NCBI RefSeq assembly: GCF_032191835.1
Contig: NC_083223.1
Span: forward strand, 34,534,001 to 34,598,000
Direction: 5' to 3'
Length of the DNA stretch: 64,000 nt
DNA from: Heteronotia binoei
Lineage: Eukaryota
Part shown: piece by piece, positions 47,479 to 58,579 of the stretch
How positions within the stretch are numbered: the stretch's first letter is position 1
Layout of the letters: each line of letters begins with the position of its first letter
Position numbers and translations under genes: made by a program
Notes under the pieces: model-generated
What the model was told of the DNA's origin: nothing
What the model saw: only the letters and a program-made list of their open reading frames with translations
Database searches by the model: none

Positions 47479-48529
47479 AAATATCAGGGGACTTTGGGGG
47501 TGAGCCAGGAGACTTTGGGGTGCTTCTAGGAGACATTGGGGTGGAGCCAGGAGCAAGGGTGTGACAAGCATAATTGAACTCCGAAGGGAGTTCTGGCCAT
47601 CACATTTAAAGGAACCTCACACCTTTTAAATGCCTCCTTCCATAGGAAATAATGAAGGATCGGGATACCTTCTTTTGGGGCTCATAAAATTGGACCCCTT
47701 GGTCCAACCTTTTTGAAACTTGGGGGGTATTTTGGGGAGAGGTAATGGATGCTATTCTGAAACTTTGGTGCCTCTGCTTCAAATAACAGCACCCCCCCCC
47801 CGAGCTCCAAATACCTGTGGGTCAATTCGCCATTATTTTCTATGGGAATAAGTCTCCATAGGGAATAATAGAGTTCCCTGCAGACATTTCCCTCCCCTCC
47901 CTGCTTTCTGATGACCCTGAAGCAGGGGGAGGGCCTCCAAACCAGGGGATCCCCTGCCCCCACCTGGGGATTGGCAACCCTAGTTGTTCCTTAGAAATCA
48001 ACAGAAGAGAAAAAATAAGATAAAAATAGAAAATGAGTATGAATCTTGTCATTCTCTATTTTCCCCTTCCCTATCTTTCCCCTTGGGTTCTTCTTCTTGT
48101 TGTGCAGTATTTGATTCTTGTGCAGTAGAAAAACCAAAAATTTAGAATCAAACCCATTCCTGGCACTTTCCTCAGCCTATGGCCCCCTGCTAATCTGTGA
48201 TTTATATTAGTGTGAATAATGTTTGGAATTTAGACTTTACCAGAAATGATTTAAATGCATCTGTTAACTAAATAATTTGATTTTTCTCATAACTGAGAAT
48301 TAGCTTCTCACCCATCTCTCTATAAACCTGTTAAAAGAAAATCCAGAGTTCACCTATGAAGTCCGGTTTGGCTTGGTTTTCATTGGTTCCCATGGAGTTC
48401 CGAAGAGCAAAGTCAGTGAGTGGCAGTTTGGGACATAGTTGAAAGGGGGAAGAAACCTGCTTCTCATTTCAGACTGTCAGTCCGAAATTCTCCAAGAACC
48501 ACCTTCTGTACATTGTCATCCACTTAGGA

Positions 48530-48975
48530 TAGTGTTGCCAATCTCCAAGTGGGGGCAGGGGATCCCCCAGTTTGAAGGCATTCCCCCCGTTTCAGGGTCA
48601 TCAGAAAGTGGGGCATGGGGAGGGAAATGTCTGCTGGGCACTCCATTATTCCATATGGAGACTGATTCCCATAGCGTATCATTGATAATTGATCTGTGGA
48701 TATTTGGGGCTCTGTAGTGGATGTTTTTTGAGGTAGAAACACCGAATCTGCAGCATGGCATCCAGAGCCTCTCCCCCAAATACCCTCCAAGTTTCAAAAA
48801 GATTGGACTAGGGGTCCAATTCTATGAGCCCCCAAAGAAGGTACCCCATCCTTATTTCCAATAAAGGGAAGGCATTTAAAAGGTGTGCAACCTTGCTCCT
48901 GGCTCCACCCCCAATGTCTTCTGGCTCCGCCCCCAAAGTCCCCAGATATTTCTTGAATTGGACTTGGCAACCCTA
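48530..48975 (+). mobile_element. hAT Blackjack-like MITE
   Basis: Ends TAGTGTTGCCAATC / GACTTGGCAACCCTA. TSD ACTTAGGA / ATTTAGTA (6 of 8 match). Confidence 0.85.
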
Positions 48976-49558
48976 ATTTAGTAGAACCCACTGGAGCATG
49001 GCATCCTCAAATCTTATCCTGGATTGTGTGTGTGTGTGGGGGGGGGGAGATGCAGAATGTGGGTATCATTTTAAAATGTGATTTGCAGACTTAACATCAC
49101 AAAGTATTAATATCCAATTTAGGAAATTAGTGTGATAGTCATGTTCATTAGTTTAAATATGGAAAGTGCATTTCTCTGTTGCCCATTGGGATGAAATTGT
49201 TAGGGGATTTACTCCACATGTAAGGGTTGTGTCTTGTAAATCTGTACATATAGCATGGTTATTTTACAAGCAACTAAAATTCTCTCTTGCCTAGGGAGGC
49301 AGGAATTGTGGGTGGTGTTTCCCTTCTTTTCCTGCGATTCTCAAGCAGGAGGTCTGCTTTTCTTGGTGTTTATATATCTTAGAAGGAGTGCCAAAGCCTG
49401 CCTACCCACCTTGCCAATAACCTGTTGGGCTGGAAAAAAATATTTTAAAAAAAGTACCAATTAAAAGAGCAATCCTAAGCAACATTACTCAGAATCCTAC
49501 TCATGTCTATTTGGTGGGGCTTAGTCTCAGGAAATTGTTCATAGGATAGCACTGTTAC

Positions 49559-49739
49559 CGGGACTTTTTTGGTAGAAAACCCCCAGCAGGAACTTATTTG
49601 CATATTAGACCACACCCCATGACATCACCATTGTTTCACACATGAGAAACTTATCTGCATATTAGGCTACACACCCCGACACCAAACCAGCCAGAACTGT
49701 GTTCCTGTGCATTCCTGCAAAAAAAAAAAAAAAGCCCTG
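49559..49739 (+). mobile_element. hAT MITE (CAGGGCTTTTT family)
   Basis: Ends CGGGACTTTTTT / AAAAAAGCCCTG. Same internal octamer-bearing unit as 42003-42131 and 15252-15456. Confidence 0.75.
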
Positions 49740-50235
49740 TTACATACAAAACGGAATAGGCATTTTTCTCCCCCACCCTGTGTATTCAACATGTGGTTAA
49801 AAATGGATGCCACCCACCTTTTTTTAAACTTTAAAAGACAAGGTTCTTGCCCATTCTCAAAGCTGAGGAGGATTTTGTACTTTATTATACATTCTAATAA
49901 AAGCTCTAACTTGTGTTCAATAACAATTATTCCAAGGGTACTGTCACATTCACTAAATAACACACTTTCAACCCACCTTCAGTGTGCTTTGCAACTAGAT
50001 TTTACTGTGTGAAATGGCAAAATCCACTTGCAAACAGTTGCTGAAATGGATAAAATAGCATTATTTAGCATGTGTGAAAGTGCCCCAAGTTGTTCTTGTG
50101 TTCCATCCATGATTCCAGCCAAGTAGTTCCCTTAAGTTGCCCAATATATCAATTGGTCAGTAAGAAAGAACACCCAGGAATGATTATGCCAATAGTCTAC
50201 CTCACTTCAGTATTCCATAGCTTCAACAGATCTAT

Positions 50236-50407
50236 CGGAGCCTCCTGCAGCCCGACGCGTCGCGGCTTGTCTGCAGGAGGAATTTTGCCCCCCTGGAGGA
50301 GAGCGGACGTTTCGGCGTGCTTCCAAGAGTGTTTGGAGGAGGTGGGGCTTTTGCGGCTGTTCTGAAGCCTCCGCACCCCATCTCCTCAGTCCTCTCGTCA
50401 AGCTTGG
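50236..50407 (+). repeat. Ngaro A1 repeat
   Basis: Direct repeat of 55693-55865 (CGGAGCCTCCTGCAGCCC...CTCTCGTCAAGCTTGG). Confidence 0.92.
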
Positions 50408-51554
50408 ACAGCTTGAGCAAGGGAGGGGATTAGGCTTTGAGGCCGGTGCGTCGGAGGATCGCGGTTTTGAAGAGCGGAGAGACGTGGGATGTGGCTGGCT
50501 GTATTATTGTGTCACGGTGGCCCCGTGTTTCGTTTTTAGTTACCTGCACTCAGGAATTTTATCTGCCCATATTTTAGTTGGCAGGGGAGTGTCATTGGGG
50601 TTGTGGGAGGCTTTCTTCTTCTAGGGGCCCCAGTTGCCTGCGCTTCTTTATTGGGGGCAGATCATTGTTTTGAGTGGCCTGTGGTTTTTGAGGCCATTTG
50701 AGCTTTGTATGGTGCCCTGGGGAATTAGTTGGCACGGGGGCGTTATTTGGGTGGTAGGAGGCTACCTTTTCATGTGGGCCCTGGTTGCCAGCACTTCTTT
50801 GAGGGAAAGGGCCCTGGCCCAGGGGTAGAGCATCTGCTTTTCAGGCAGAAGTCCCTGGTTTTTGTCCCCAGCATCACCAGTTAAAAAGCTTAGTCAGAAG
50901 GTGATTTTAAAAGACCTCTACCAGAGACTCTGGAGATAAGGGTTAAAAAGTTGGGGGCAGATCAATTTTTTGGTTTGCCCTTGGTTTGGGTGGTTACTTG
51001 AGCAGGGTGAAGTGGCTGTCGGGGTGGGTCGGCCATTTTATAGGCGGCTATTTGTCATAAGGCACTGGGGTGGTTGTGCTGTTTCTGCCCTCTTGTGCTT
51101 GGCGGCCATTTTAGGCTTCCTTCTTCTTATTCATTCCTTGCTCTTTGGCGGCCATTTTTATGAGGTGGTGAGGCAGCAGACAATTGAGAGTAAATTGGGG
51201 CAGCGGCCATTTTAAGGCCTAGTTGGGCGGCGGCCATTTTAGAGGTAGGCTTTTGCCCTCCTCTCACCCCCCTTTTTTCTGTCAAGATAGTTGAGGAGTT
51301 TTGGGGTTTTGGTGCCTCGCCCCTTTTTGGTGTAGTGTAGCTAGCTGCTTTACACCAGGCCTTTCTCCCTCTAATTGGGACAGGTGCTATGCTCTTTAGT
51401 GAACATGGCAGGGGGTAAAGGTACTGGCAAATCAAAGGGGAAGCAGCCCGCCCCTAAGGCACCCCCGAAACGTCCTCCGCCCCCTTCGTCTCCTGATGAG
51501 GAAGGGGACGATGAAGTGAACGCAGTCATTTTCCAGCGACTGCAGGCCTTGGAG

Positions 51555-53111
51555 TCTCTCTCTCGGCTTGGCTTCGCGAACGAAGATTTAAGAAGGGTGC
51601 AATAGTCCACGTTTGCTGCAGGCTCGCTGGTGGCTGACAAGACCAATGTGGGACAGGCAGGTCCGGCCACAGCGGCTGCAGGGAAAAGTCTGATTTAGCG
51701 TTGGTCCTGTAGCAGTGCGATTCTTCCTCAATCTCCTTTTGTCCTCAAGACCAGCTATGCGTGTGTTCTCAAAGGAAGAGACAGCCTGGTGGATGGTGTG
51801 CCTCCATGCTTTGCGATCTGAGGCTAGGTCAGACCACTGGTGATGGTTGATGTGACAGGTGCTAAGGGATTTCTTCAGGGAGTCCTTGTACCTCTTCTTT
51901 GGTGCCCCTCTATTTCGATGGCCGGTGGAGAGTTCGCCATACAGGGCAATCTTGGGAAGGCGGTGGTTTTCCATCCTAGAAATATGCCCTGCCCAGCGCA
52001 GCTGCGTCTTCAACAGCAGTGCCTCGATGCTGGTAACCTCTGCCCGCTTGAGGACTTCAGTGTTGGTCACAAAGTCACTCCAGTGGATGTTGAGGATGGT
52101 GCGAAGGCAGCGCTGATGAAAGCGCTCAAGGAGTCGCAGGTGATGACGGTATAAAACCCACGATTCGGAGCCATAGATGAGGGTTGTCATCACAACCGCT
52201 TTGTAAACATTGATCTTTGTGCCTTTTTTCAGATGCTTGTTGCTCCACACTCTTTTGTGCAGTCGGCCAAATGCACGGTTTGCCTTTGCCAGCCTGTTGT
52301 CAATCTCCTTGTCGATCTTGGCATCTGAGGAGATGATGCACCCCAGGTAGCTGAACTGCTGGACTGTCTTCAGAACTGATTCACCCACAGTGATGCAGGG
52401 AGGGTGATAATCTTCCTGGGGTGCAGGCTGGTGGAGAACTTCTGTCTTCTTCAGACTAACTTCTAGGCCGAATAGCTTGGCAGCCTCTGCAAAGCAGGAC
52501 GTCATATGCTGCAGAGCTGATACCGAGTGGGAGACGAGTGCAGCATCATCAGCAAACAGTAGCTCTCGGATGAGTTTTTCCATTGTCTTGGAGTGTGCCT
52601 TTAGTCGCCTCAGGTTGAACAGGCTGCCATCGGTGCGATAGCGGATGTAGACACCATCGTCCTCATCTAGATCTACTGCGGCTCTTTGAAGCATCATGCT
52701 AAAGAAAATCGTAAAGAGAGTTGGCGCGAGAACGCAGCCTTGCTTTACACCTGTGCCTATTGGGAAGGGCTCCGAGAGGTCGTTGCAGTGTCTGACTTGG
52801 CCTCGCTGGTCTTCGTGTAGCTGGATGATCATGCTGAGGAACCTTGGGGGACATCCTAAACGTTCCAAGATTTGCCACAGGCCTTTCCTGCTAACGGTAT
52901 CGAAAGCTTTGGTAAGGTCGACAAAAGTCACATACAGACCCTTGTTCTGTTCCCTGCATTTCTCTTGGAGCTGCCTGAGAACAAATACCATGTCGGTGGT
53001 GCTCCTGTTAGCTCTGAAGCCGCACTGGCTCTCTGGGAGGAGTTCTTCTGCAATGGTGGGCACCAGTCTGTTCAGGAGTATTCTGGCAAGGATTTTGCCT
53101 GCGATGGAGAG
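51555..53111 (-). mobile_element. RTE-clade LINE (RTE-1-like, not BovB), 5'-truncated and young
   Basis: Intact 491-aa frame. The 3' end is GAAGCCAAGCC(GA)n. The 5' junction shares the microhomology GAGCAGGGAG with the target. Confidence 0.95.
51588..53063 (-). CDS. RTE ORF: RT domain and C-terminal C2H2-like finger (endonuclease missing)
   Basis: PESQCGFR, FVDLTKAFDTV, GVKQGCVLAP, LFADD, FSYLG, CSRCGRTCLSHIGLVSHQRAC. Confidence 0.93.
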   Translation of the reverse strand: MPTIAEELLPESQCGFRANRSTTDMVFVLRQLQEKCREQNKGLYVTFVDLTKAFDTVSRKGLWQILERLGCPPRFLSMIIQLHEDQRGQVRHCNDLSEPFPIGTGVKQGCVLAPTLFTIFFSMMLQRAAVDLDEDDGVYIRYRTDGSLFNLRRLKAHSKTMEKLIRELLFADDAALVSHSVSALQHMTSCFAEAAKLFGLEVSLKKTEVLHQPAPQEDYHPPCITVGESVLKTVQQFSYLGCIISSDAKIDKEIDNRLAKANRAFGRLHKRVWSNKHLKKGTKINVYKAVVMTTLIYGSESWVLYRHHLRLLERFHQRCLRTILNIHWSDFVTNTEVLKRAEVTSIEALLLKTQLRWAGHISRMENHRLPKIALYGELSTGHRNRGAPKKRYKDSLKKSLSTCHINHHQWSDLASDRKAWRHTIHQAVSSFENTRIAGLEDKRRLRKNRTATGPTLNQTFPCSRCGRTCLSHIGLVSHQRACSKRGLLHPS

Positions 53112-54331
53112 CAGGGAGTAGGCGTCAGGGTTTCCACCTTCTCAGATGCCTAAGAAGGGGCGGGTTTTTAAGCGTGTTTTGCAGGCAGATATATTGACCC
53201 GCTTGTCTCTTTTGGAGGGCAGATCTGCAGCTGCTGCTGGAGGAGCTGTGGGGCTTGTTGGCTCGGACATTGGTGTTGGCCCGTCGTCCGGTGCGGTTGG
53301 GGTGCGGTTGGGGCCGGGTCAGCATTGGTGCCTGCTTTACCTTCTGGTAAGTCTGGGGATGGCTCATTGCCTCACTCTGGGCCTGTGTGGCCTTGGGGGG
53401 TTGCTGGCCCTAGTGGGGCTGGGGCTCTGTCTGGGCTTTTTCCAACTTTAGGCTTTGAGCAGCCGAGCAATTGGAGGTGGCCGCAGGGTCAGTGCGGTCC
53501 ATTTGGACATTGGCCTGGGGTAGGACAGCAGGGGTCAGCAGCGGCTTGGCCTGGCAGCTGGGGTTTCCCATCTCCTTATGGGGCGGTCCCCTTTGGCGCT
53601 ATGCCTTTTGGTGAGATCGCCTTACCTTTGGGCGATCACCTGCTGCCTGCCACAAGGGAGAAAATCTTAAAAGGGGAATATGTGGACATATTCTCCCTTT
53701 TATTTAGAGAATTGGAAAAGAAGGACAAGGAGGAACTGGATGATAAAGAGAAGGAGTACATTGAGGAAGATTGAGTACAAGAGGAAGGTTGACCGGACCT
53801 GGGCCAATTGGCTTCTGGGGTTTTTTATATATGCAGGAGTGATAGTGTGTGCGCAGCCCTGGTGGGCCGCCTTAATTCAATATATGGACATCATATACAA
53901 GGGTTATACAATGTTCAGCGGCCCAGCCTGGATCCAATATGACCAGGAGTTCAGGATGAGGGCCGCTTTATACCCTTCACTCCAGTGGGATCGGATTCAC
54001 CAACAGTTGTGGCTGCAGGTTATGTCACCTGTGCGACCCAATTTGGGGGACCGATCCGACAGTGGTCACCTTGTATCCAAGGATTCCTCTTCTTCTTCTG
54101 GTGCTTCAGTATCTTCCTGCAGTGCTGCGGGGCAGGCGGTTCATCCTCGCTTGCTCTGCTGGGAGTTTGGGTCCCAGGGGGCGTGCAGTCATAAAGCTTG
54201 CCAGTTCAAGCACGAATGCCCCCTGTGCGCTGGCCCACACTCTTTCAACAACTGCCCGAGAGTCCGGCCGCGCAAGGGTCAGAAAGGAGCAGGGGGGCCC
54301 CCTTCTCAATCTGGGGATAGGCCCCAGCCCG

Positions 54332-54575
54332 ATGAAGGTGGGTCCTCTTGAGGAATGGCTTCGCAGGTACCCACGTAGGGGGGAAAGTTTATATTTGTTA
54401 AAAGTTATATTTGTTAAAAGTTTTAGTTTCAGGGAGGGATATTAAGTTATCAGGGGGTAACTTTAGGATCGGCGCGGCCTCTACGGCTGCTGCCCTGGGT
54501 TATCCTACTTCGTCCATTCAGCCTTGGCAGTTGGCGGTCTCAGGCTTACAAAAGTTCTATTCGCCCTTTGCTCCG
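54332..54575 (+). pseudogene. Fusion of the Ngaro ORF2 start with the YR C-terminus across a large deletion
   Basis: MKVGPLEEWLRRYP (start of the RT ORF) is followed within about 120 nt by FRIGAASTAAALGY...WRSQAYKS (YR box II). Confidence 0.75.
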
Positions 54576-54649
54576 CTTGTAGTTTTTATTAGGAGCGGGG
54601 GGTAGTTTAAGTTAGGGTTTTATAACTTGTCTGTTTTTTCCTTTTAGAT

Positions 54650-55210
54650 GCTGTTGTTCCTGGCCTGAGGAGCAGAGTTCTCATCTGCGGGCGCAGTTAT
54701 GTGTTTTGGGCAGCACATCAAGCTCGGAGAACTGCTGTTGGCTCTCAGCTGGGGCTCAGCAAACATGTTACGATAGAATGGAGGGGGCGCAGGGGTCTTC
54801 AGTGGCCTGGCTTGCTCCCCCCTTTTATTTTATGGGTGTTTGGGCCCTCCTCCACAGGTATTAATTGTTCACCTGGGAGGGAATGATCTCGGGCTGATTA
54901 AGGGCAAGGCGTTGATCTTGCAGGCCCGAGATGATTTCAAGTACATAAGGAACAGATGGCCTGGTACCATTATAGTTTGGTCGGCCATGATTCCGCGCTT
55001 GGTGTGGCGCAGTGCTTAGAATCCAGCTGGGTTAGTAAGGGCTTGTTACAGAGCGAATAGGAGATTTGCAAGGTTTTGGAGGGTGGTTTGGGTCACTACT
55101 TGCCCCATCCGGACATTTCTAGGGAATGTCCTGACCTCTACAGAGGGGATGGGGTGCATCTCTCGGAAAAGGGTAATATGCTTTTTCTGAGGGATTTGCG
55201 GCAAGGGCTT
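54650..55210 (+). pseudogene. Ngaro SGNH/GDSL hydrolase ORF with frameshifts and a stop
   Basis: VLICGRSYVFWA (block I), EWRGRRG (block II), IVHLGGNDL (block III), LYRGDGVHLS (block V). Confidence 0.85.
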
Positions 55211-55271
55211 GTGTTGGCTTTGGGCCTTTCTATGGGTGCTAAGCCCTAAGTAGAGACTTGGCCTTAGTTGT

Positions 55272-55693
55272 GGCAGGTTTTACGGGGTTTATGGCACCAT
55301 GCGGCCTGGGGAGGACCGGTTAGCCTCCCCCTTTTGGGGAGTTAGGGGTCTGGCAGGATCAACCTTTGGTGTGGCCTGAGGTGTGTGAATGCAGACTGTC
55401 CTGGAGACTCGATTGGATGGGTGCCTTTCGCTGAGACTTGCGTCTGGGGTTTGGGCCCTCCGGTGCGAGCCTCCCAGCTGGGCCTGCCTAACGGGAGCTG
55501 TGGCTCACAGCTCCGGCTGGGGGGCCGGGTCTCTCACCCGCTGAAAAAGGCAGGGGAGCGGTCTGAGGAGACCCCTGGCCCTGACCTGGCCGCAGTTCGG
55601 TTGCCCTTGCTGTTGCTGTGTTATTTAATAAAGTGGCCCATAGTTTCACCAATCTAATTGTGTCTGTCTCTTTATTCCGACTTGGGGGGCAAC
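55272..55693 (+). repeat. Ngaro B1 repeat
   Basis: Direct repeat of 56060-56480, ending CCGACTTGGGGGGCAAC. Contains AATAAA. Confidence 0.92.
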
Positions 55694-55865
55694 GGAGCCT
55701 CCTGCAGCCCAACGCGTCGCGGCTTGGCTGCAGGGAGAATTTTGCCCCCCTGGAGGAGAGCGGACGTTTTGGCGTGCTTCCAAGCGCGTTTGGAGGAGGC
55801 GGGGCTTTTGTGGCTGTTCTGAAGCCTCTGCACCCCGTCTCCTCAGCCCTCTCGTCAAGCTTGGC
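55693..55865 (+). repeat. Ngaro A2 repeat
   Basis: Direct repeat of 50236-50407. Confidence 0.92.
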
Positions 55866-56059
55866 CCTCCCGCTCGCCCTTTTGTTATGTGGGCACTTTC
55901 TGGTCGCCTCTTTGTTGAGGGGCCGGGTAGGAATTTTTTACTCCCCGGCTGTTTGGCTGGTGACTGGGGGGTGTTTTTTGCCTACCCCGCATAACATACT
56001 AGTGGATTGAGGAATTGGCTTCGGGTTGGCACCTTTGTTTAGATTGGTCACTTTTTAGG

Positions 56060-56480
56060 GCAGGTTTTACGGGGTTTATGGCACCATGCGGCCTGGGGAG
56101 GACTGGTTAGCCTCCCCCTTTTGGGGAGTTCGGGGTCTGGCAGGATCAACCTTTGGTGTGGCCCGAGGTGTGTGAATGCAGACTGTCCTGGAGACTCGAT
56201 TGGATGGGTGCCTTTCGCTGAGACTTGCAAAAGGGGTTTGGGCCCTCCAGTGCGAGCCTCCCTGCTGGGCCTGCCTAACGGGAGCTGTGGCTCACAGCTC
56301 CGGCTGGGGGGCCGGGTCTCTTGTCTGCTGAAAAAGGCAGGGAAGCAGTCTGAGGAGACCCCTGGCCCTGACCTGGCCGCAGTTTGGTTGCCCTTGCCGT
56401 TGCTGTGTTATTTAATAAAGTGGCCCATAGTTTCACCAATCTAATTGTGTCCGTCTCTTTATTCCGACTTGGGGGGCAAC
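56060..56480 (+). repeat. Ngaro B2 repeat
   Basis: Direct repeat of 55272-55693. Confidence 0.92.
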
Positions 56481-58579
56481 TACTGTTTCACACAAAACAT
56501 TACTGAACATTACCGAAGCATTCTGATCATCCCTACTTACATAGCTGGTCTTTGTACAAAGGGCTGGAGTCCCTTATGAACCCAAACCCCATCAGGGAAT
56601 GATGTGTCGGTGACAAGGCAATAACTGCCAAATATCCACAGATCACCATCTCAGCCAAGAATATTAAATCATGTTTATGACCTGCCCTATATGTAAGTAT
56701 GATGACATTTTGGAGCATCTCCATACTTGTCCTAGTGACCAAGTGATCTCCATACTTGACCTAGTGATCCTGCCAGACCCCTAACTCCCCAAAGTCCCAA
56801 ATTGCTTTGGACATATAATGGGGATCTCAGCATGCTATTCAAGAAACCATGTGTGTGTGTGTGAGATGAAACTTCTGTAAACCATAGCTATGTCCTCTCC
56901 CCCACCATTGGGTTTATGTTGGAGCTTCACTGAGAACATAGAAGGACATAACTGTGGCCAATTTAACACCACCTGTCTTGTCTAAGGTCTCAATATCGTA
57001 AGCCTTCCTTCTGTCTACTGCATGCCTTTGATTGGAGATCTTATCTTGCTCTCTGTTTATATAATCCTCAACACAATGAGGTTCTGATCTTTGGCCTCTG
57101 TTGTTGAAATACTAATAATAATCGTGATCTCTCTCTTTAAAACCTGCATTTATAGTGGGAGGGCAGCTGTTCACTTGGTTAGACTAACAAAGGAAACAAC
57201 CTTTTCAAAATCTTAGGAAATTAATTATTGCCTTCAGATTTATTGAAATATGGGCCGTTTTACAGCATGCTGTTAAAAACAGCTGTGTGTACTTTTTTCT
57301 TCTTTAGATGCAAATTTACAGTTTTCCTAGTTAATTATTTAAAAAAATGCTTACTGGCAGAATTCTGAGTGTCGGGAACTACAGGAGTCTCAGGCTAAAT
57401 TTTACATATATTCTTATGTAAAGTAAGGCTGCTGAGAAAAGGAGGTTAAAAAATAGCTAGCTGTTCCTAAGATTTCAACTGAAAGGAATACCGAAAGTTG
57501 TTTTTGTTGCAAGGTAGACACATGCTGTTCCAGACTACTGAACAGAGGTAACTCTTCCACTCTCAAAGTGATATTGCTGTTAGGGGACATTGTTCATGGT
57601 GTCACCATGCAAATAGCCAAAATTGACAGGTTCCCAAATACATGCATTCTCTGTTGTGGCTCCCACTTTGTGGAATGGTCAGCCTGCCAGGAAAGCTCCC
57701 ACATTTCTCTCCCCCTCACCCTGTTTTTAAAAATAATTTTATTTCATTAAAAAAAACCCCATGTCATTAGGGGAAAAAACAGGCAAAGGAAAGAAGTGAT
57801 AACACCTATGTAGTAAAGGGAAGGAAAGTAGCATACTCTTGCTATTCGGGGCATTAAACCAGTACAACAGAGAAAATGTTAGTGACCATACACTCAGATA
57901 TAAATCCAGTCCCAGAACTGTACATTAGATGGAATAATTTCATTCTGAGGAAATGGATGAGTATGTCTGGAGGCCTCATATTGTAAGGTGGCTTTAATTT
58001 GAGCCTACTAATTTTCTTCTTTTGCACTTGGAGGATCCAGCAGGGGTGAACAGTGGGGATGGGCTAAGGAACTGTGAGTTAGGGATTCTTCATTCTTCTG
58101 TCACTTAATGATCCATCGTTTACACTCATCAAGACACATCTGCATTTGAGATGATATGTGATCGATAACTGCTGAGGTTGTGAGATGTCTTTCTTAGGAT
58201 TAAATATTTAAAATTCTCCTTCCCTGCACATTACTTGATGAGTCAAGTCAGCCAGGATATTTAGATATCAGGCTGATGCTTGGTCCTTCACTAACTGCAA
58301 CCCAAACTACCCAGTTTTCAATTGTCTCTAAGTAATTTAACCCAGTTTCAATGGACTCTAAGCCATTTAACCTACAAAAGAATGTAGGTCTCTGTCTTTA
58401 TCTCATAATGGAGAAGAAGCCCTGGCAGAGGAGGATAGAGAAAACCCATTGGTCTTTACATTGATTAATTTTGTTTGTGTCATTGCCATAACATTGGTTA
58501 ATTGCTGCTTTCAGTGCTTACAAGTGCAGTCTTTTAGCATCAAGAATAACTCTAGCACAGTTCTTTTTTGCCCTTGCAG

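Larger units (their letters stand above)
44614..47982 (-). mobile_element. hAT Blackjack-like MITE (about 530 bp) split by the L1 insertion
   Basis: Ends TAAGGTTGCCAAGTCC / GATTGGCAACCCTA. Reverse complement of 8876-9350 and 48530-48975. Confidence 0.85.
51403..54351 (+). pseudogene. Ngaro ORF1 (gag-like, Cys/His zinc finger), split by the RTE insertion and frameshifted
   Basis: MAGGKGTGKSKG...QRLQALE joins QGVGVRVST across the RTE. Downstream: GDHLLPATREKILKGEYVDIFSLL, AWIQYDQEFR, CWEFGSQGACSHKACQFKHECPLCAGPHSFNNC. Confidence 0.85.
50236..56480 (+). mobile_element. Ngaro-type tyrosine-recombinase retrotransposon with split direct repeats, deleted for RT/RH/most of YR
   Basis: A1 50236-50407, B1 55272-55693, A2 55693-55865, B2 56060-56480. 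No TSD. Contains a gag-like ORF1, a YR C-terminal remnant and an SGNH ORF. Confidence 0.92.

Noticed and set aside
58310-58372. Minus-strand exon LNGLESIETGLNYLETIENW
   Set aside because: It is a 30/31-bp tandem duplication that includes a 1-nt indel, more consistent with non-coding slippage.
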